Assembly: GCA_012839865.1 (NCBI GenBank) | Contig: DUMO01000086.1 | Span: 1-37,808, forward strand | Origin: Clostridiaceae bacterium | GTDB lineage: Bacteria > Bacillota > Clostridia > CAYPLH01 > DUMO01 | Direction of reading: 5' to 3' | Length of the DNA stretch: 37,808 nt | Part shown: positions 1-9,631 of the stretch, in pieces | Layout of the letters: each line of letters opens with the position of its first letter | Numbering within the stretch: position 1 is the first letter of the stretch | Notes under the pieces: generated by a model | The model's input: only the letters and a program-made list of their open reading frames with translations | Told to the model about the DNA's origin: nothing | Databases searched by the model: none | Made by a program: the position numbers and the translations under genes

Positions 1-54
1 AAAGAGGCGGACTTTTTATTATGGGTCGATATTTTATTTCATTGCCTGGTGTTG

Positions 55-86
55 TATTGCCTGAACAGCTGGTTGTTCAGGCAATA
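55..86. terminator. 13-bp stem hairpin just downstream of argH
   Basis: TATTGCCTGAACA-gctggt-TGTTCAGGCAATA perfect inverted repeat 6 nt after the argH stop; no clean U-tract, so terminator or stabilising stem. Confidence 0.55.
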
Positions 87-92
87 ACAAGT

Positions 93-1502
93 TCACAGTA
101 ACTCCTGTTTTGAAGACATGTTGACTGAAAAACTTTTTATTAGAGCCCTGCCTTTTTCAATTGAGCTTTTTACAGCTTCCCTTGCCGGCCCTCCAGGTAC
201 TTTTCTACCTGAAACGCAAGCTTCAAGGCTGATGTATTCATATACATCCTCTCCGATTATTTCCGAAAAGGATTTGAGTTCAGCGGGTGTGAGCTCCTCC
301 AATGTCTTTTTGTTATGGGTGCAATACAATACCATTTTGCCGATGACTTCATGGGCTGTTCTAAAGGGCATTCCTTTTTTAACAAGGTAGTCTGCCATAT
401 CCGTTGCATTGGTGAAGCCGCCGCCGGCAGCCTTGTACATGTTCTCCTTCTTGAACCTGATAGTCTTAAGCATGCCTGTAAATACCGGAAGGCACATCTT
501 GACAGTGTCAATTGCATCAAAGACAGCTTCCTTGTCTTCCTGCATGTCTTTATTGTAGGCAAGGGGCAGCCCCTTCATGACAGTCAGCAAGGCAATCAGG
601 CTTCCGTAAACCCTGCCGGTCTTTCCCCTGACCAGTTCGGCTACATCAGGATTCTTTTTCTGGGGCATGATGCTGCTTCCCGTACTGTAAGCATCGTCCA
701 TTTCAATGAAATCGAATTCACCGGAGGACCAGAGAATAAGCTCTGCACTGAATCTGCTAAGGTGCATCATTATGATTGAAAGACATGATGCAAGTTCAAT
801 TGCAAAATCCCTGTCAGAAACCCCGTCCATGCTGTTTTCGGTAATCTGCGAAAAACCCAGCTCTTTAGCGACCATATACCTGTCAAGGGGGTATGTGGTG
901 CCTGCAAGGGCTCCTGAACCAAGAGGCATTATATCGGTTCTTTTGTAGCAGCCGGCAAGCCTGTCCAAGTCCCTTGCAAACATTTGAAAATATGCCATCA
1001 TATGATGGGCAAGGGTCACAGGCTGGGCCCTTTGAAGATGGGTATACCCGGGCATTATGGTATCCAGGTGACTCTCTGACAAGTCAAGCAGGGTTTCCGA
1101 CAATGTACATATCATTTGCGTAATGTTGCATATTTCATCCTTTACGTACATGCGAAAGTCCAGCACCACCTGGTCATTGCGGCTCCTGCCGGTGTGGAGC
1201 TTTCTTCCGGCATCTCCGATTCGCGAAATCAATATTTTTTCAATATTCATGTGAATATCTTCAGCGTCCGGTTCAAATTCCACTTTTCCATCTTCAATGT
1301 CCTTCAGTATATCAAGGAGGGTGTTCTGTATAAGATTTGAATCCTCAGGGTCAATTATTCCTTGATATCCAAGCATACGGACATGGGCAATGCTTCCTAG
1401 TATGTCCTGCTTATACATGCGGCTGTCAAACCTGATAGATGAGTTGAAATCATCTACAGATTTGTCAGTATTCTTTTCAAATCTTCCACCCCATAATTTC
1501 AT
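93..1502 (-). CDS. argH: Argininosuccinate lyase
   Basis: MKLWGGRF start, HTGRSRNDQ, MPGYTHLQRAQP, GSSIMPQKKNPD signature; follows argG. Confidence 0.98.
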   Translation of the reverse strand: MKLWGGRFEKNTDKSVDDFNSSIRFDSRMYKQDILGSIAHVRMLGYQGIIDPEDSNLIQNTLLDILKDIEDGKVEFEPDAEDIHMNIEKILISRIGDAGRKLHTGRSRNDQVVLDFRMYVKDEICNITQMICTLSETLLDLSESHLDTIMPGYTHLQRAQPVTLAHHMMAYFQMFARDLDRLAGCYKRTDIMPLGSGALAGTTYPLDRYMVAKELGFSQITENSMDGVSDRDFAIELASCLSIIMMHLSRFSAELILWSSGEFDFIEMDDAYSTGSSIMPQKKNPDVAELVRGKTGRVYGSLIALLTVMKGLPLAYNKDMQEDKEAVFDAIDTVKMCLPVFTGMLKTIRFKKENMYKAAGGGFTNATDMADYLVKKGMPFRTAHEVIGKMVLYCTHNKKTLEELTPAELKSFSEIIGEDVYEYISLEACVSGRKVPGGPAREAVKSSIEKGRALIKSFSVNMSSKQELL

Positions 1503-1649
1503 ACAAAATCACCTCTTAATTGCAAGAAGATTGCCCCAAACATAGCATGGCTGCAAAGTCAATGCTTTAATAAAAACAGTTGAACAAATTCAGAGTGATG
1601 TCAACATTATTACCATTCAGACAAGTAGACAGGCTTAGCATACATAGAT

Positions 1650-2864
1650 TTATTTGCCCAGTCTTTTCATCATCATGGCCCGTACTTTCACCGGCAGGCC
1701 AAACAGGTTGATAAAGCCTTCGGCATCCTTCTGGTTGTACACTTCATCTTTTCCAAAGGTGGATAGTGATTCATCGTAAAGGGAGTATTCGGATTTTGCA
1801 CCGGCACTGATAATATTCCCCTTGTACAGCTTCAACCGTACGGTACCCGTAACTGTCTCCTGGGTGACGTCTACAAATGCCGAAATAGCTTCTCTTAAAG
1901 GTGTAAACCATTGCCCGTAGTATACCAGCTCGGCAAACTTCTGGGCCACCAGGTCCTTATAGTGGAGTGTATCCCTGTCAAGGCACAAAAGTTCAAGTTC
2001 CCTGTGGGCATAATACAGTATTTGTCCGCCGGGAGTCTCATAAACACCCCTTGATTTCATCCCAACCAAACGGTTTTCAACTATGTCTGCAATACCGATG
2101 CCGTTTTTGGCTCCCAGGTTGTTCAATTTATCGATAATTTCTACCGGACTTAAGCTTTCACCGTTAATATTCAACGGTATCCCCTTCTCAAAGTAAATCT
2201 CCACATATTCCGGCTTGTCGGGGGCTTTTTCAGGCGGTGTAACGATTTTCAGGAGTTTGTCATACTGCGGCTCGTTCCACGGGTTCTCAAGGTCGGAGCC
2301 TTCATGACTCAAGTGCCACAGGTTTCGATCCATGGAATAATTGTCCTTTTTGGTTACCGGAACGGGAATGTTGCGTTTTGCAGCATAATCTATGGCTTCT
2401 TCCCTGGAGCGGATGTTCCATTCACGCCATGGAGCAATTATTTTTAAGTGAGGTGCCAGGGCTTTGGCTGTAAGTTCAAATCTCACCTGATCATTGCCTT
2501 TGCCTGTGCATCCATGGGCTATGGCGGTTGCTCCCTCCAACTGGGCTATTTCCACCAGCCTTTTTGCTATAATGGGCCTTGCGAAGGATGTACCCAGCAG
2601 GTATTTGCCTTCGTAAACAGCACCTGCCTTTAAAGTAGGGAATATATAGCCGGTTACAAACTCTTCCTTTAAATCTTCTATATATATTTTAGCTGCACCC
2701 GATTTAATTGCTTTTTCTTTAAGCGGCGCAAGCTCTTCTCCCTGTCCTACGTCTGCGGCCATGGCAATTACTTCATAATTATAGTTTTCAATGAGCCATG
2801 GTATGATAATGGAAGTATCCAAGCCACCTGAATAGGCCAGGACAACTTTTTCCTTCTTCTGCAT
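1650..2864 (-). CDS. argG: Argininosuccinate synthase
   Basis: [45 protein letters not shown] motifs; AAGGAGG RBS. Confidence 0.98.
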   Translation of the reverse strand: MQKKEKVVLAYSGGLDTSIIIPWLIENYNYEVIAMAADVGQGEELAPLKEKAIKSGAAKIYIEDLKEEFVTGYIFPTLKAGAVYEGKYLLGTSFARPIIAKRLVEIAQLEGATAIAHGCTGKGNDQVRFELTAKALAPHLKIIAPWREWNIRSREEAIDYAAKRNIPVPVTKKDNYSMDRNLWHLSHEGSDLENPWNEPQYDKLLKIVTPPEKAPDKPEYVEIYFEKGIPLNINGESLSPVEIIDKLNNLGAKNGIGIADIVENRLVGMKSRGVYETPGGQILYYAHRELELLCLDRDTLHYKDLVAQKFAELVYYGQWFTPLREAISAFVDVTQETVTGTVRLKLYKGNIISAGAKSEYSLYDESLSTFGKDEVYNQKDAEGFINLFGLPVKVRAMMMKRLGK

Positions 2865-2993
2865 ATGAACTCCTCCTTAAATGTGCTAAAATAATTAAAA
2901 AAGGAATGTCAACAATTCCTCAAACAAGTATGGTGTTCAGGCTGTCAAATCAAGTCTTCGGTTAATTATAGGCAAATTGGAAACACCAAACTT

Positions 2994-3028
2994 TTTATTA
3001 TTATACAGTAGGATGTATAATTATGCAA
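2994..3028 (-). promoter_or_regulatory. sigmaA promoter of argGH overlapped by ArgR (ARG) box
   Basis: Minus strand TTGCAT-17 nt-TATAAT with TG extension (3023-3028, 3000-3005); TGTATAATTATGCA at 3014-3027 fits the ArgR/AhrC box; weaker second box at 2994-3007. Confidence 0.75.
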
Positions 3029-3227
3029 CTAATATTTTAAAATGGATTTACTGAAGTTCCAAGAGCTGTTGTTCAGAGGGAATAATGAATCATAAAGGCA
3101 TTTCAATCTGATTGTTTTCCCTGCCGATGCTGCTGTAAACCTGCATCTTTGGCCGATGGTTCATTCAATAAAACCTCTGGACAGTAGAACTGTTGTATGC
3201 GCAAGACATCTTCGTGGAGGTAGGATA

Positions 3228-3722
3228 ATGATTATCATGGGTATTGATCCTGGATTTGCAATTACAGGTTATGGTATAATAAAATACAGTGGGAACAAAT
3301 TTTCGGTATTGGATTATGGCGCAATAACCACCAGTGCGGATACGGCTTTATGCCAAAGACTTCTCAGCCTTAATACACAGCTTGAGCTTTTGATGGAGAA
3401 ATATAAACCTGATGCAGTTTCAGTGGAGGAGATTTTTTTCAACAAAAACACGAAAACTGCCCTGAATGTAGGCCATGGCCGGGGTGTAGCCCTTTTGTCG
3501 GCAGCAAGGCGCGGTATTGAAATTTTTGAATATACACCTCTTCAGGTAAAACAATCGGTTGTAGGATACGGCAGGGCCGTAAAATCACAGGTGCAGCAAA
3601 TGGTTAAGTTGATTCTTAATCTTGATGAGATTCCAAAACCTGATGATGTGGCGGATGCACTGGCGGTGGCAATTTGCCATGCCCATTCTTCCAAGGTATA
3701 CAGTATAAGGAACAATATATAG
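3228..3722 (+). CDS. ruvC: Crossover junction endodeoxyribonuclease RuvC
   Basis: [13 protein letters not shown] and [13 protein letters not shown] catalytic motifs; start moved from 3156 to ATG 3228 after GGAGG. Confidence 0.97.
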   Translation: MIIMGIDPGFAITGYGIIKYSGNKFSVLDYGAITTSADTALCQRLLSLNTQLELLMEKYKPDAVSVEEIFFNKNTKTALNVGHGRGVALLSAARRGIEIFEYTPLQVKQSVVGYGRAVKSQVQQMVKLILNLDEIPKPDDVADALAVAICHAHSSKVYSIRNNI

Positions 3723-3736
3723 GGGGAACTGACAAG

Positions 3737-4342
3737 GTGTTTGCATATATAAAGGGGATGCTGGATTACAAGGGAACCGACTCAATTGTGGTGGAAGCAA
3801 ACGGTGTAGGATACAGAATTTATACACCTTTTTCAACGCTGGAAAAAATAGGACAAGTGAGGGAGACGGTCAAGGTTTTCACTCATTTGCATGTCCGTGA
3901 AGATGCAATGACCATTTACGGTTTTTTGACCCAGGAAGAGCTTGAGATGTTTGAATTGCTTATTTCGGTGTCCGGAGTTGGTCCTAAAGCAGCACTCTCC
4001 CTTATCTCCACCGTTTCTCCTTCAAGGTTTGGACTGGCGGTAATAACCGGAGACGCCAATACAATTGTAAAAGCCCAGGGGATAGGGAAGAAGATTGCTC
4101 AAAGGATTATTCTTGAACTGAAGGACAAAATAAAGAAAGAGCAGCTGGAATCTTTCGATTCTGATACAGACACAAGCAGCATACCGGCAGAAGGCGATTC
4201 CGCAAGATCAGAAGCAGTGAGCGCCCTTATGGTTCTCGGTTATAATCATGCGGAAGCCCGGAAAGCGGTATCCAGTGTTTATTCAGAAGAAATGGATGTC
4301 GAATTGATTATCAAAAAAGCTCTGCAGGTCATATCAAAATAA
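3737..4342 (+). CDS. ruvA: Holliday junction branch migration protein RuvA
   Basis: HhH motifs SVSGVGPKAALS and AQGIGKKIAQRIILELKDK, C-terminal EAVSALMVLGY; GTG start at 3737. Confidence 0.97.
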   Translation: MFAYIKGMLDYKGTDSIVVEANGVGYRIYTPFSTLEKIGQVRETVKVFTHLHVREDAMTIYGFLTQEELEMFELLISVSGVGPKAALSLISTVSPSRFGLAVITGDANTIVKAQGIGKKIAQRIILELKDKIKKEQLESFDSDTDTSSIPAEGDSARSEAVSALMVLGYNHAEARKAVSSVYSEEMDVELIIKKALQVISK

Positions 4343-4431
4343 AACATAAAATTTGAGAATTGTTTTGCGGCGCTACGCCCGTACCTGCATTGTTATTTAA
4401 AGATTTGCAAAAGAAAATTGGGGGTTTTGAA

Positions 4432-5466
4432 ATGGCGGATAAAAGGCTGATTGAACCTGAGGCAAAAGTTGAAGACATTGATGAAATTTGCCTTCGGCCC
4501 AAGAGGTTGTGTGAATATATAGGACAGGAAAGAGTGAAGGAAAATCTAAGAGTATTTATAGAGGCCACAAAGCAAAGGAAAGAAGCTCTGGATCATGTTC
4601 TTTTATATGGCCCTCCCGGTTTGGGCAAAACGTGCCTTGCGGGTATAATTGCAAATGAACTTGGAGTCAGCATAAGGATTACATCAGGTCCGGCCATTGA
4701 AAAGGCTGGGGATATAGCAGCCATTCTTACAAACCTGGGGGAAAATGATGTCCTGTTTATTGACGAAATTCACAGGCTGAACAGAAGCGTTGAGGAAATC
4801 CTTTATCCGGCGATGGAAGACTATGCCCTTGACATAATAATCGGAAAAGGGCCCAGTGCCAGGTCTATAAGGCTGGATCTTCCGAAGTTTACCTTAATTG
4901 GGGCAACTACCAGGGCAGGCCTTCTGACTTCACCCCTGAGGGACCGCTTTGGAGTAATAAACAGGCTCGAATTGTATTCAGTGGATGAATTGAAACAGAT
5001 TGTAAAAAGATCCGCCGGGATTTTGAACATCGGGATAGATGAAGAGGGCAGTACTGAAATTGCAATGCGTTCCAGGGGAACCCCCAGAATAGCAAATCGT
5101 CTTTTGAAGAGGGTGCGGGACTTTGCACAGGTCAAGGGCGATGGCCACATAACCCTGGATGTTTGCAAAATGGCCCTTGATGCACTTGAAATAGACAACC
5201 TTGGACTTGATAAGGTCGACAGGAATTTATTGCTGTGCATTATAGAAAAGTTCAGTGGAGGGCCTGTGGGTCTGGATACACTGGCTGCCGCCATTAATGA
5301 AGAAGCCGATACCATTGAAGATGTTTACGAACCTTTTTACCTGCAAATGGGGTTTATCAATAAAACGCCAAGAGGCAGGGTCGCTACAAGAAGGGCTTAT
5401 GAGCATTTTGGCATATCTTATAAAAATGAGACACAAAATGCGGTGCAGGCAAGATTCATTCCATAA
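4432..5466 (+). CDS. ruvB: Holliday junction branch migration helicase RuvB
   Basis: LRPK..EYIGQ, Walker [38 protein letters not shown] 4432. Confidence 0.98.
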   Translation: MADKRLIEPEAKVEDIDEICLRPKRLCEYIGQERVKENLRVFIEATKQRKEALDHVLLYGPPGLGKTCLAGIIANELGVSIRITSGPAIEKAGDIAAILTNLGENDVLFIDEIHRLNRSVEEILYPAMEDYALDIIIGKGPSARSIRLDLPKFTLIGATTRAGLLTSPLRDRFGVINRLELYSVDELKQIVKRSAGILNIGIDEEGSTEIAMRSRGTPRIANRLLKRVRDFAQVKGDGHITLDVCKMALDALEIDNLGLDKVDRNLLLCIIEKFSGGPVGLDTLAAAINEEADTIEDVYEPFYLQMGFINKTPRGRVATRRAYEHFGISYKNETQNAVQARFIP

Positions 5467-5519
5467 AATGTCGGAGGACGCCCTTAAAAAGAATAATAAA
5501 ATGAAGGACAGTGTTGTGA

Positions 5520-6062
5520 ATGAAACTTTTATTGCATATATGTTGTGCCCCTTGCGCAGTATATCCTGTAAATGTGCTTATGCAGGAAAATGTTGATTTT
5601 GAAGGGTTTTTCTTTAATCCCAACATACATCCCCTTGATGAATTCAAGAGGAGAATGGAAACATTAAAGGAGTTTGCCGGCCAGAAAGGTTTGACCGTAT
5701 ATTATAAAGACGATTTCATGCAGGATGTATGGGAGAATTTTAAAGGGGAGACTGTCGAAAGATGCGCCATGTGTTATGGCACAAGGCTTGAAAAAACAGC
5801 CCAATTTGCTTCTGAAAAAGGACTTGATGCTTTCACCACAACTTTGCTTGTCAGCCCCTATCAGAAACATGACATGATTAAAGAATTGGGTGAAAAATAT
5901 GCATCAAAATACGGAGTTGAGTTTTACTACCGGGATTTCAGACCCGGTTTCAGACAGGGTCAGAATGAAGCGAGGGAGCTTAAACTTTACAGGCAGAAGT
6001 TCTGTGGCTGCATAGTTTCCTTCAATGAATCAAATATCAGGAAAAAAGAGAAAGGCAAGTGA
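5520..6062 (+). CDS. queH: Epoxyqueuosine reductase QueH (DUF208)
   Basis: LLLHICCAPC, NPNIHP..E, CAMCY, FTTTLLVSPYQ, QKFCGC; typically follows ruvB in Clostridia. Confidence 0.9.
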   Translation: MKLLLHICCAPCAVYPVNVLMQENVDFEGFFFNPNIHPLDEFKRRMETLKEFAGQKGLTVYYKDDFMQDVWENFKGETVERCAMCYGTRLEKTAQFASEKGLDAFTTTLLVSPYQKHDMIKELGEKYASKYGVEFYYRDFRPGFRQGQNEARELKLYRQKFCGCIVSFNESNIRKKEKGK

Positions 6063-6098
6063 CTAAAAGCCTGTTTGAATATTTTATGGTAAAGCCAG

Positions 6099-6122
6099 GG
6101 GATTGAAGCATGCTTCAATCCC
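6099..6122. repeat. Perfect 24-bp palindrome
   Basis: GGGATTGAAGCATGCTTCAATCCC is its own reverse complement. Confidence 0.9.
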
Positions 6123-6291
6123 TAAAAATTGTACTTGTCGCTTCAAAATCCCGGTAATATTCACCGGTCCCGTGTTTTTTATTTCTTAATAAAGTTATTC
6201 AATTTTCTTAACATATCAAAAGCCTTCCATAATTTTATATTACATTCCTGTTACATTTCAAAAAACCTGACGAATTTTACACAAAAGCCAA

Positions 6292-6316
6292 AGGAGTATT
6301 GATATTTTTGTCGAAA
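6292..6316 (+). promoter_or_regulatory. Possible sigmaH-type promoter for the amidase
   Basis: AGGA-17 nt-GAAA(T), close to the sigmaH consensus AGGA-N17-GAAT; one mismatch in -10. Confidence 0.35.
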
Positions 6317-6433
6317 TATATAATGAAACCCAACAGGATATCTGTTACCGGTCCCACAAGTTTAAAGATGCAAGAAAATGCTTGTGTATTCCGGCTTATA
6401 TTACAAAAGACAAATTTTTTGGAGTGTAATGGA

Positions 6434-9067
6434 ATGAAAAAAAGTATTGTAACTATTATTATTGTTGCATCAATAATTATTTTTGCGTCCCAATCTTTTG
6501 CGGAATCCATTGACCTGTCCCCAAATGACAATTACTATTCCCAGGGCAATTTTACTCTGAAAATTAACGGCATTGTAATGTCTGAAGCTATTCCTGTGCT
6601 AATAATGAACAATAGGGCCTATGTGCCTGCCAGGAGCTTGTTTGAAGGTTTTGGGGCAACTGTTTCCTGGGATGATGTCAATAAAAGGGTGCAGGCGGTC
6701 ATGGAGAATATTAATATAAGTGTCGGAATCAATGATTCAAAAGCGATTGTCAACGGTCTGGAGAAATTTATGGACACTCCTGCCAGAATAATAGAAAATA
6801 CAGCTTTTGTACCTCTTCGATTTGTGAGCGAACAGTTGAACATGAATGTCGGCTGGTATCCTGAAGAGAAGGTTATCACCCTCTCAAGCTGCAAAATGAC
6901 GGGTTTAGGAAACAGTATTATTTCCTCATCCGAGAAGATTGATATAAGAATACAGGTTGAAGGCTGCAATACATATAAATCTTTTTATCTTAAGGAACCT
7001 GACAGGCTTGTTGTAGATCTTCCCAATACCGTACTTATAAGAGATATGGCTGAAATTAAAATCAATACATATCCGGTTAAATCAATCAGGTATGCCCAGT
7101 TTGACAAGAAAACAACACGGGTTGTTTTTGATGTGGAAGGGCAGCCTGATTACAGGATTACCCGGGAAAACGGCCAGATGATTGTTACATTTTCCACCGG
7201 TGGCAGTTTACCGGGAGATCAGAAGCCGACACCTGTTCCTGATTCCACACCAGCACCGGATTATAACGAGCCTGCACCTTCGCCGACACCTGCACCGGAG
7301 GTTGCCGGCCCTGTGCCGACACCGGCGACCGAAGAACCTTCACCCACGCCGGAACCGGAGGTTGTGGCACCCTCTCCAACACCGAAACCGGAGCCGGAGT
7401 TTGTGGAACCTTCTCCGACGCCTGCACAGGAAACGGAGAAAGTGGAGCCTTCGCCTACTCCCACACCAGAACCTTTAAAGGAAAGTGCAAGTACATATGA
7501 AAGAGGCGAAAACAGGGTATTGCTGACCCTTACAAACATAAAACTGGTTAATGAAGACGGCAGCAAGCAATATGAAGAATTGCGGGATTCCAGCGGAAAT
7601 ACGATTATTTTAAAAATACCTGACAACCTTGCAAATATTCAAAGCAAAATATTTGAAATAAAAGATCCCTTGATAGAAAATATCATAATTTTCAGAAATG
7701 AAAATACCGGAGACTATTTTATTGTAATTAATGCCAGGCGCAGGACATTGCTGAATGTAACATACAATAAAGAGATTGATTCCAGTCTGATTGAATTGTA
7801 CGAAACTTCACAGCCCAGTCGTGGAGACAGTGGAGAAACAAGACCTCCCGTTGTGCAAAACGAAATCAAAAACATAACTTACAGTGCAATGGGTGACAGG
7901 GATGCAATCTCAATAGAAGTTCCGGTGTATGAAAACTATAATGTTTTCAGGCTCACAGACCCGGACAGGATCGTGATTGACATACAGGGGGCTAGAATCT
8001 CTTCTTCCCAGCAGTTGGTCAATGTCAACAGCAACCTAATAAAAGGAGTAAGATATGCTCAATATATGGAGAATGTTGTACGTGTCGTAATTGACCTTAA
8101 GCTTCAGGCCTGGTATGAAGTAAGCCAAAAGGAAGGTATGGTGACTGTGGAAGTTTCCAACCCTCAATTTAAAGGTGTGCAATATCACAATGTCTATGAC
8201 AGGGTATATCTGACCATACCGGGGATAAGGCTGACAGGAGGGTATGAAGAAGAAATATGCTATTATAAAGGCAGCTATGATTTTACAGGAAAAGTATATA
8301 CCATTACTTTCGCAACCGGTGCAACCAATCTGGGAAGCGGAAAAATGCCGGTTAACGATGGGATGTTGGAATCCATTGAAATATTACAGGATCCTGCAAA
8401 GGGAGAGACAAGCATAAGGTTTAATGCAAAGTCCGGATATGTTTACAATATTTCAGGAAGAGCTGAAACCAATGATACGGCCATAACCATAATCAGCCCC
8501 GGTACACCGGATGAGAAAATTATAGTTATCGATGCCGGCCATGGCGGAGTTGACCCCGGGGCAGTTGTAGGAAGTATCTACGAGAAGAATTTCAACCTTG
8601 ATATTGCCCTGAGGCTTAACAGGTTGTTGGAAAGCAAAAATATTAAAACGTATATGATTCGAGAGAACGATGTTTTTGTCGGATTGTATGAAAGGGCATA
8701 TATTGCAAATAAACTGAATGCAACTCTGTTTTTGAGCATACATAACAATGCCCTGCCAAACAATAAAAATTATGGCGGCACCGAAACTTTTTACTTTGAG
8801 AATGGTTCAGCTGTGGGCAATATAAACGGAGAAGTCTTTGCCGGATTGGTTCAGCGAAAACTTGTTCAATATCTCAATACAGCCGACAGGCTCATCAAGC
8901 CAAAGAATTATGTGGTAATCAAAGCAACTTCCATGCCTGCGGTGCTGGCGGAGGTAGCCTTTTTGACCAATGAAAAGGACCTTTCCAATCTCCTTGATGA
9001 CGACTTCAGGCAGCGTGCGGCAGAAGCACTTTGCGAAGCAATTTTGGAGGCATTGAACAGTATATAG
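6434..9067 (+). CDS. Secreted modular N-acetylmuramoyl-L-alanine amidase (signal peptide, Cu-amine-oxidase-N stalk domain, AMIN-like domains, P/T/E linker, Amidase_3)
   Basis: MKKSIVTIIIVASIIIFASQSFA signal; NRAYVPAR/FVPLRFVSE stalk motifs; PDRLVVD and PDRIVID AMIN motifs; DAGHGG, EK, SIHNNA, LAEVAF Zn-amidase motifs; start moved to ATG 6434 after GGAG. Confidence 0.9.
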   Translation: MKKSIVTIIIVASIIIFASQSFAESIDLSPNDNYYSQGNFTLKINGIVMSEAIPVLIMNNRAYVPARSLFEGFGATVSWDDVNKRVQAVMENINISVGINDSKAIVNGLEKFMDTPARIIENTAFVPLRFVSEQLNMNVGWYPEEKVITLSSCKMTGLGNSIISSSEKIDIRIQVEGCNTYKSFYLKEPDRLVVDLPNTVLIRDMAEIKINTYPVKSIRYAQFDKKTTRVVFDVEGQPDYRITRENGQMIVTFSTGGSLPGDQKPTPVPDSTPAPDYNEPAPSPTPAPEVAGPVPTPATEEPSPTPEPEVVAPSPTPKPEPEFVEPSPTPAQETEKVEPSPTPTPEPLKESASTYERGENRVLLTLTNIKLVNEDGSKQYEELRDSSGNTIILKIPDNLANIQSKIFEIKDPLIENIIIFRNENTGDYFIVINARRRTLLNVTYNKEIDSSLIELYETSQPSRGDSGETRPPVVQNEIKNITYSAMGDRDAISIEVPVYENYNVFRLTDPDRIVIDIQGARISSSQQLVNVNSNLIKGVRYAQYMENVVRVVIDLKLQAWYEVSQKEGMVTVEVSNPQFKGVQYHNVYDRVYLTIPGIRLTGGYEEEICYYKGSYDFTGKVYTITFATGATNLGSGKMPVNDGMLESIEILQDPAKGETSIRFNAKSGYVYNISGRAETNDTAITIISPGTPDEKIIVIDAGHGGVDPGAVVGSIYEKNFNLDIALRLNRLLESKNIKTYMIRENDVFVGLYERAYIANKLNATLFLSIHNNALPNNKNYGGTETFYFENGSAVGNINGEVFAGLVQRKLVQYLNTADRLIKPKNYVVIKATSMPAVLAEVAFLTNEKDLSNLLDDDFRQRAAEALCEAILEALNSI
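7223..7474 (+). repeat. Pro/Thr/Glu low-complexity linker with repeated PSPTP units
   Basis: KPTPVP...PSPTPAP...PSPTPEP...PSPTPKP...PSPTPAQ...PSPTPTPEP in the amidase frame. Confidence 0.85.
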
Positions 9068-9120
9068 CCGGGCAGGTCATTATGCGCTGACATGGTTTCT
9101 TATTTGGCATATATAATATG

Positions 9121-9156
9121 AAAAAAAGTGCGGTTCACAGGGGAACGCACTTTTTT
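9121..9156. terminator. Intrinsic terminator after the amidase
   Basis: AAAAAAAGTGCG...CGCACTTTTTT stem with A/T tracts on both sides. Confidence 0.75.
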
Positions 9157-9454
9157 GCTCAATCTTTTGGCGTAATTTGCCAGCTTAAACATGAGGAAAA
9201 GATTTTTCATTATACCTGCTTTGGATGTTGCAGCCATGCAACGCAACTAATAAGTCCCGCCATGGTTTTCATTTGTTCCCGCTTCGATTGCCGCAACTAT
9301 AAACTGCAGCAAACCAGCTTAAAACCATATCAGATACTTTACTACCGAAGATTCACCGGATTTGTCCAAATATTGCTGTTATTCACAATTATTAGCCATA
9401 ATCTTTACAATAATTGAGATATCAAAGGCTTTTTCAAAAAGTCTTTTTTTTTGT

Positions 9455-9483
9455 CCATATTTTTTATTTGCGCCGCATATATT
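9455..9483 (+). promoter_or_regulatory. sigmaE-type sporulation promoter upstream of the GerM-like gene
   Basis: CCATATT-14 nt-CATATATT matches the B. subtilis sigmaE pattern; second CGCATATATTTT at 9558-9569. Confidence 0.6.
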
Positions 9484-9631
9484 TTTATAACAACGTTAAT
9501 TTACCATAACAAGCTGCATAAATTTATGGTAGTTTTGTGAATTAACCTTGTTCGGACCGCATATATTTTATGTAGTTATGTTAATTAACTTATGAAAAGC
9601 AAAGGGGTTTGAAGAAAAGGAGGATATGAGC

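Noticed and set aside
3187..3198. GAACTGTTGTAT as a LexA box upstream of ruvC
   Set aside because: Right half deviates from GTTC/GTTT; too weak to call
9118..9417. 99-aa intergenic ORF between amidase and gerM
   Set aside because: Runs through a terminator, lacks an RBS and any recognisable motif; cannot be fully excluded
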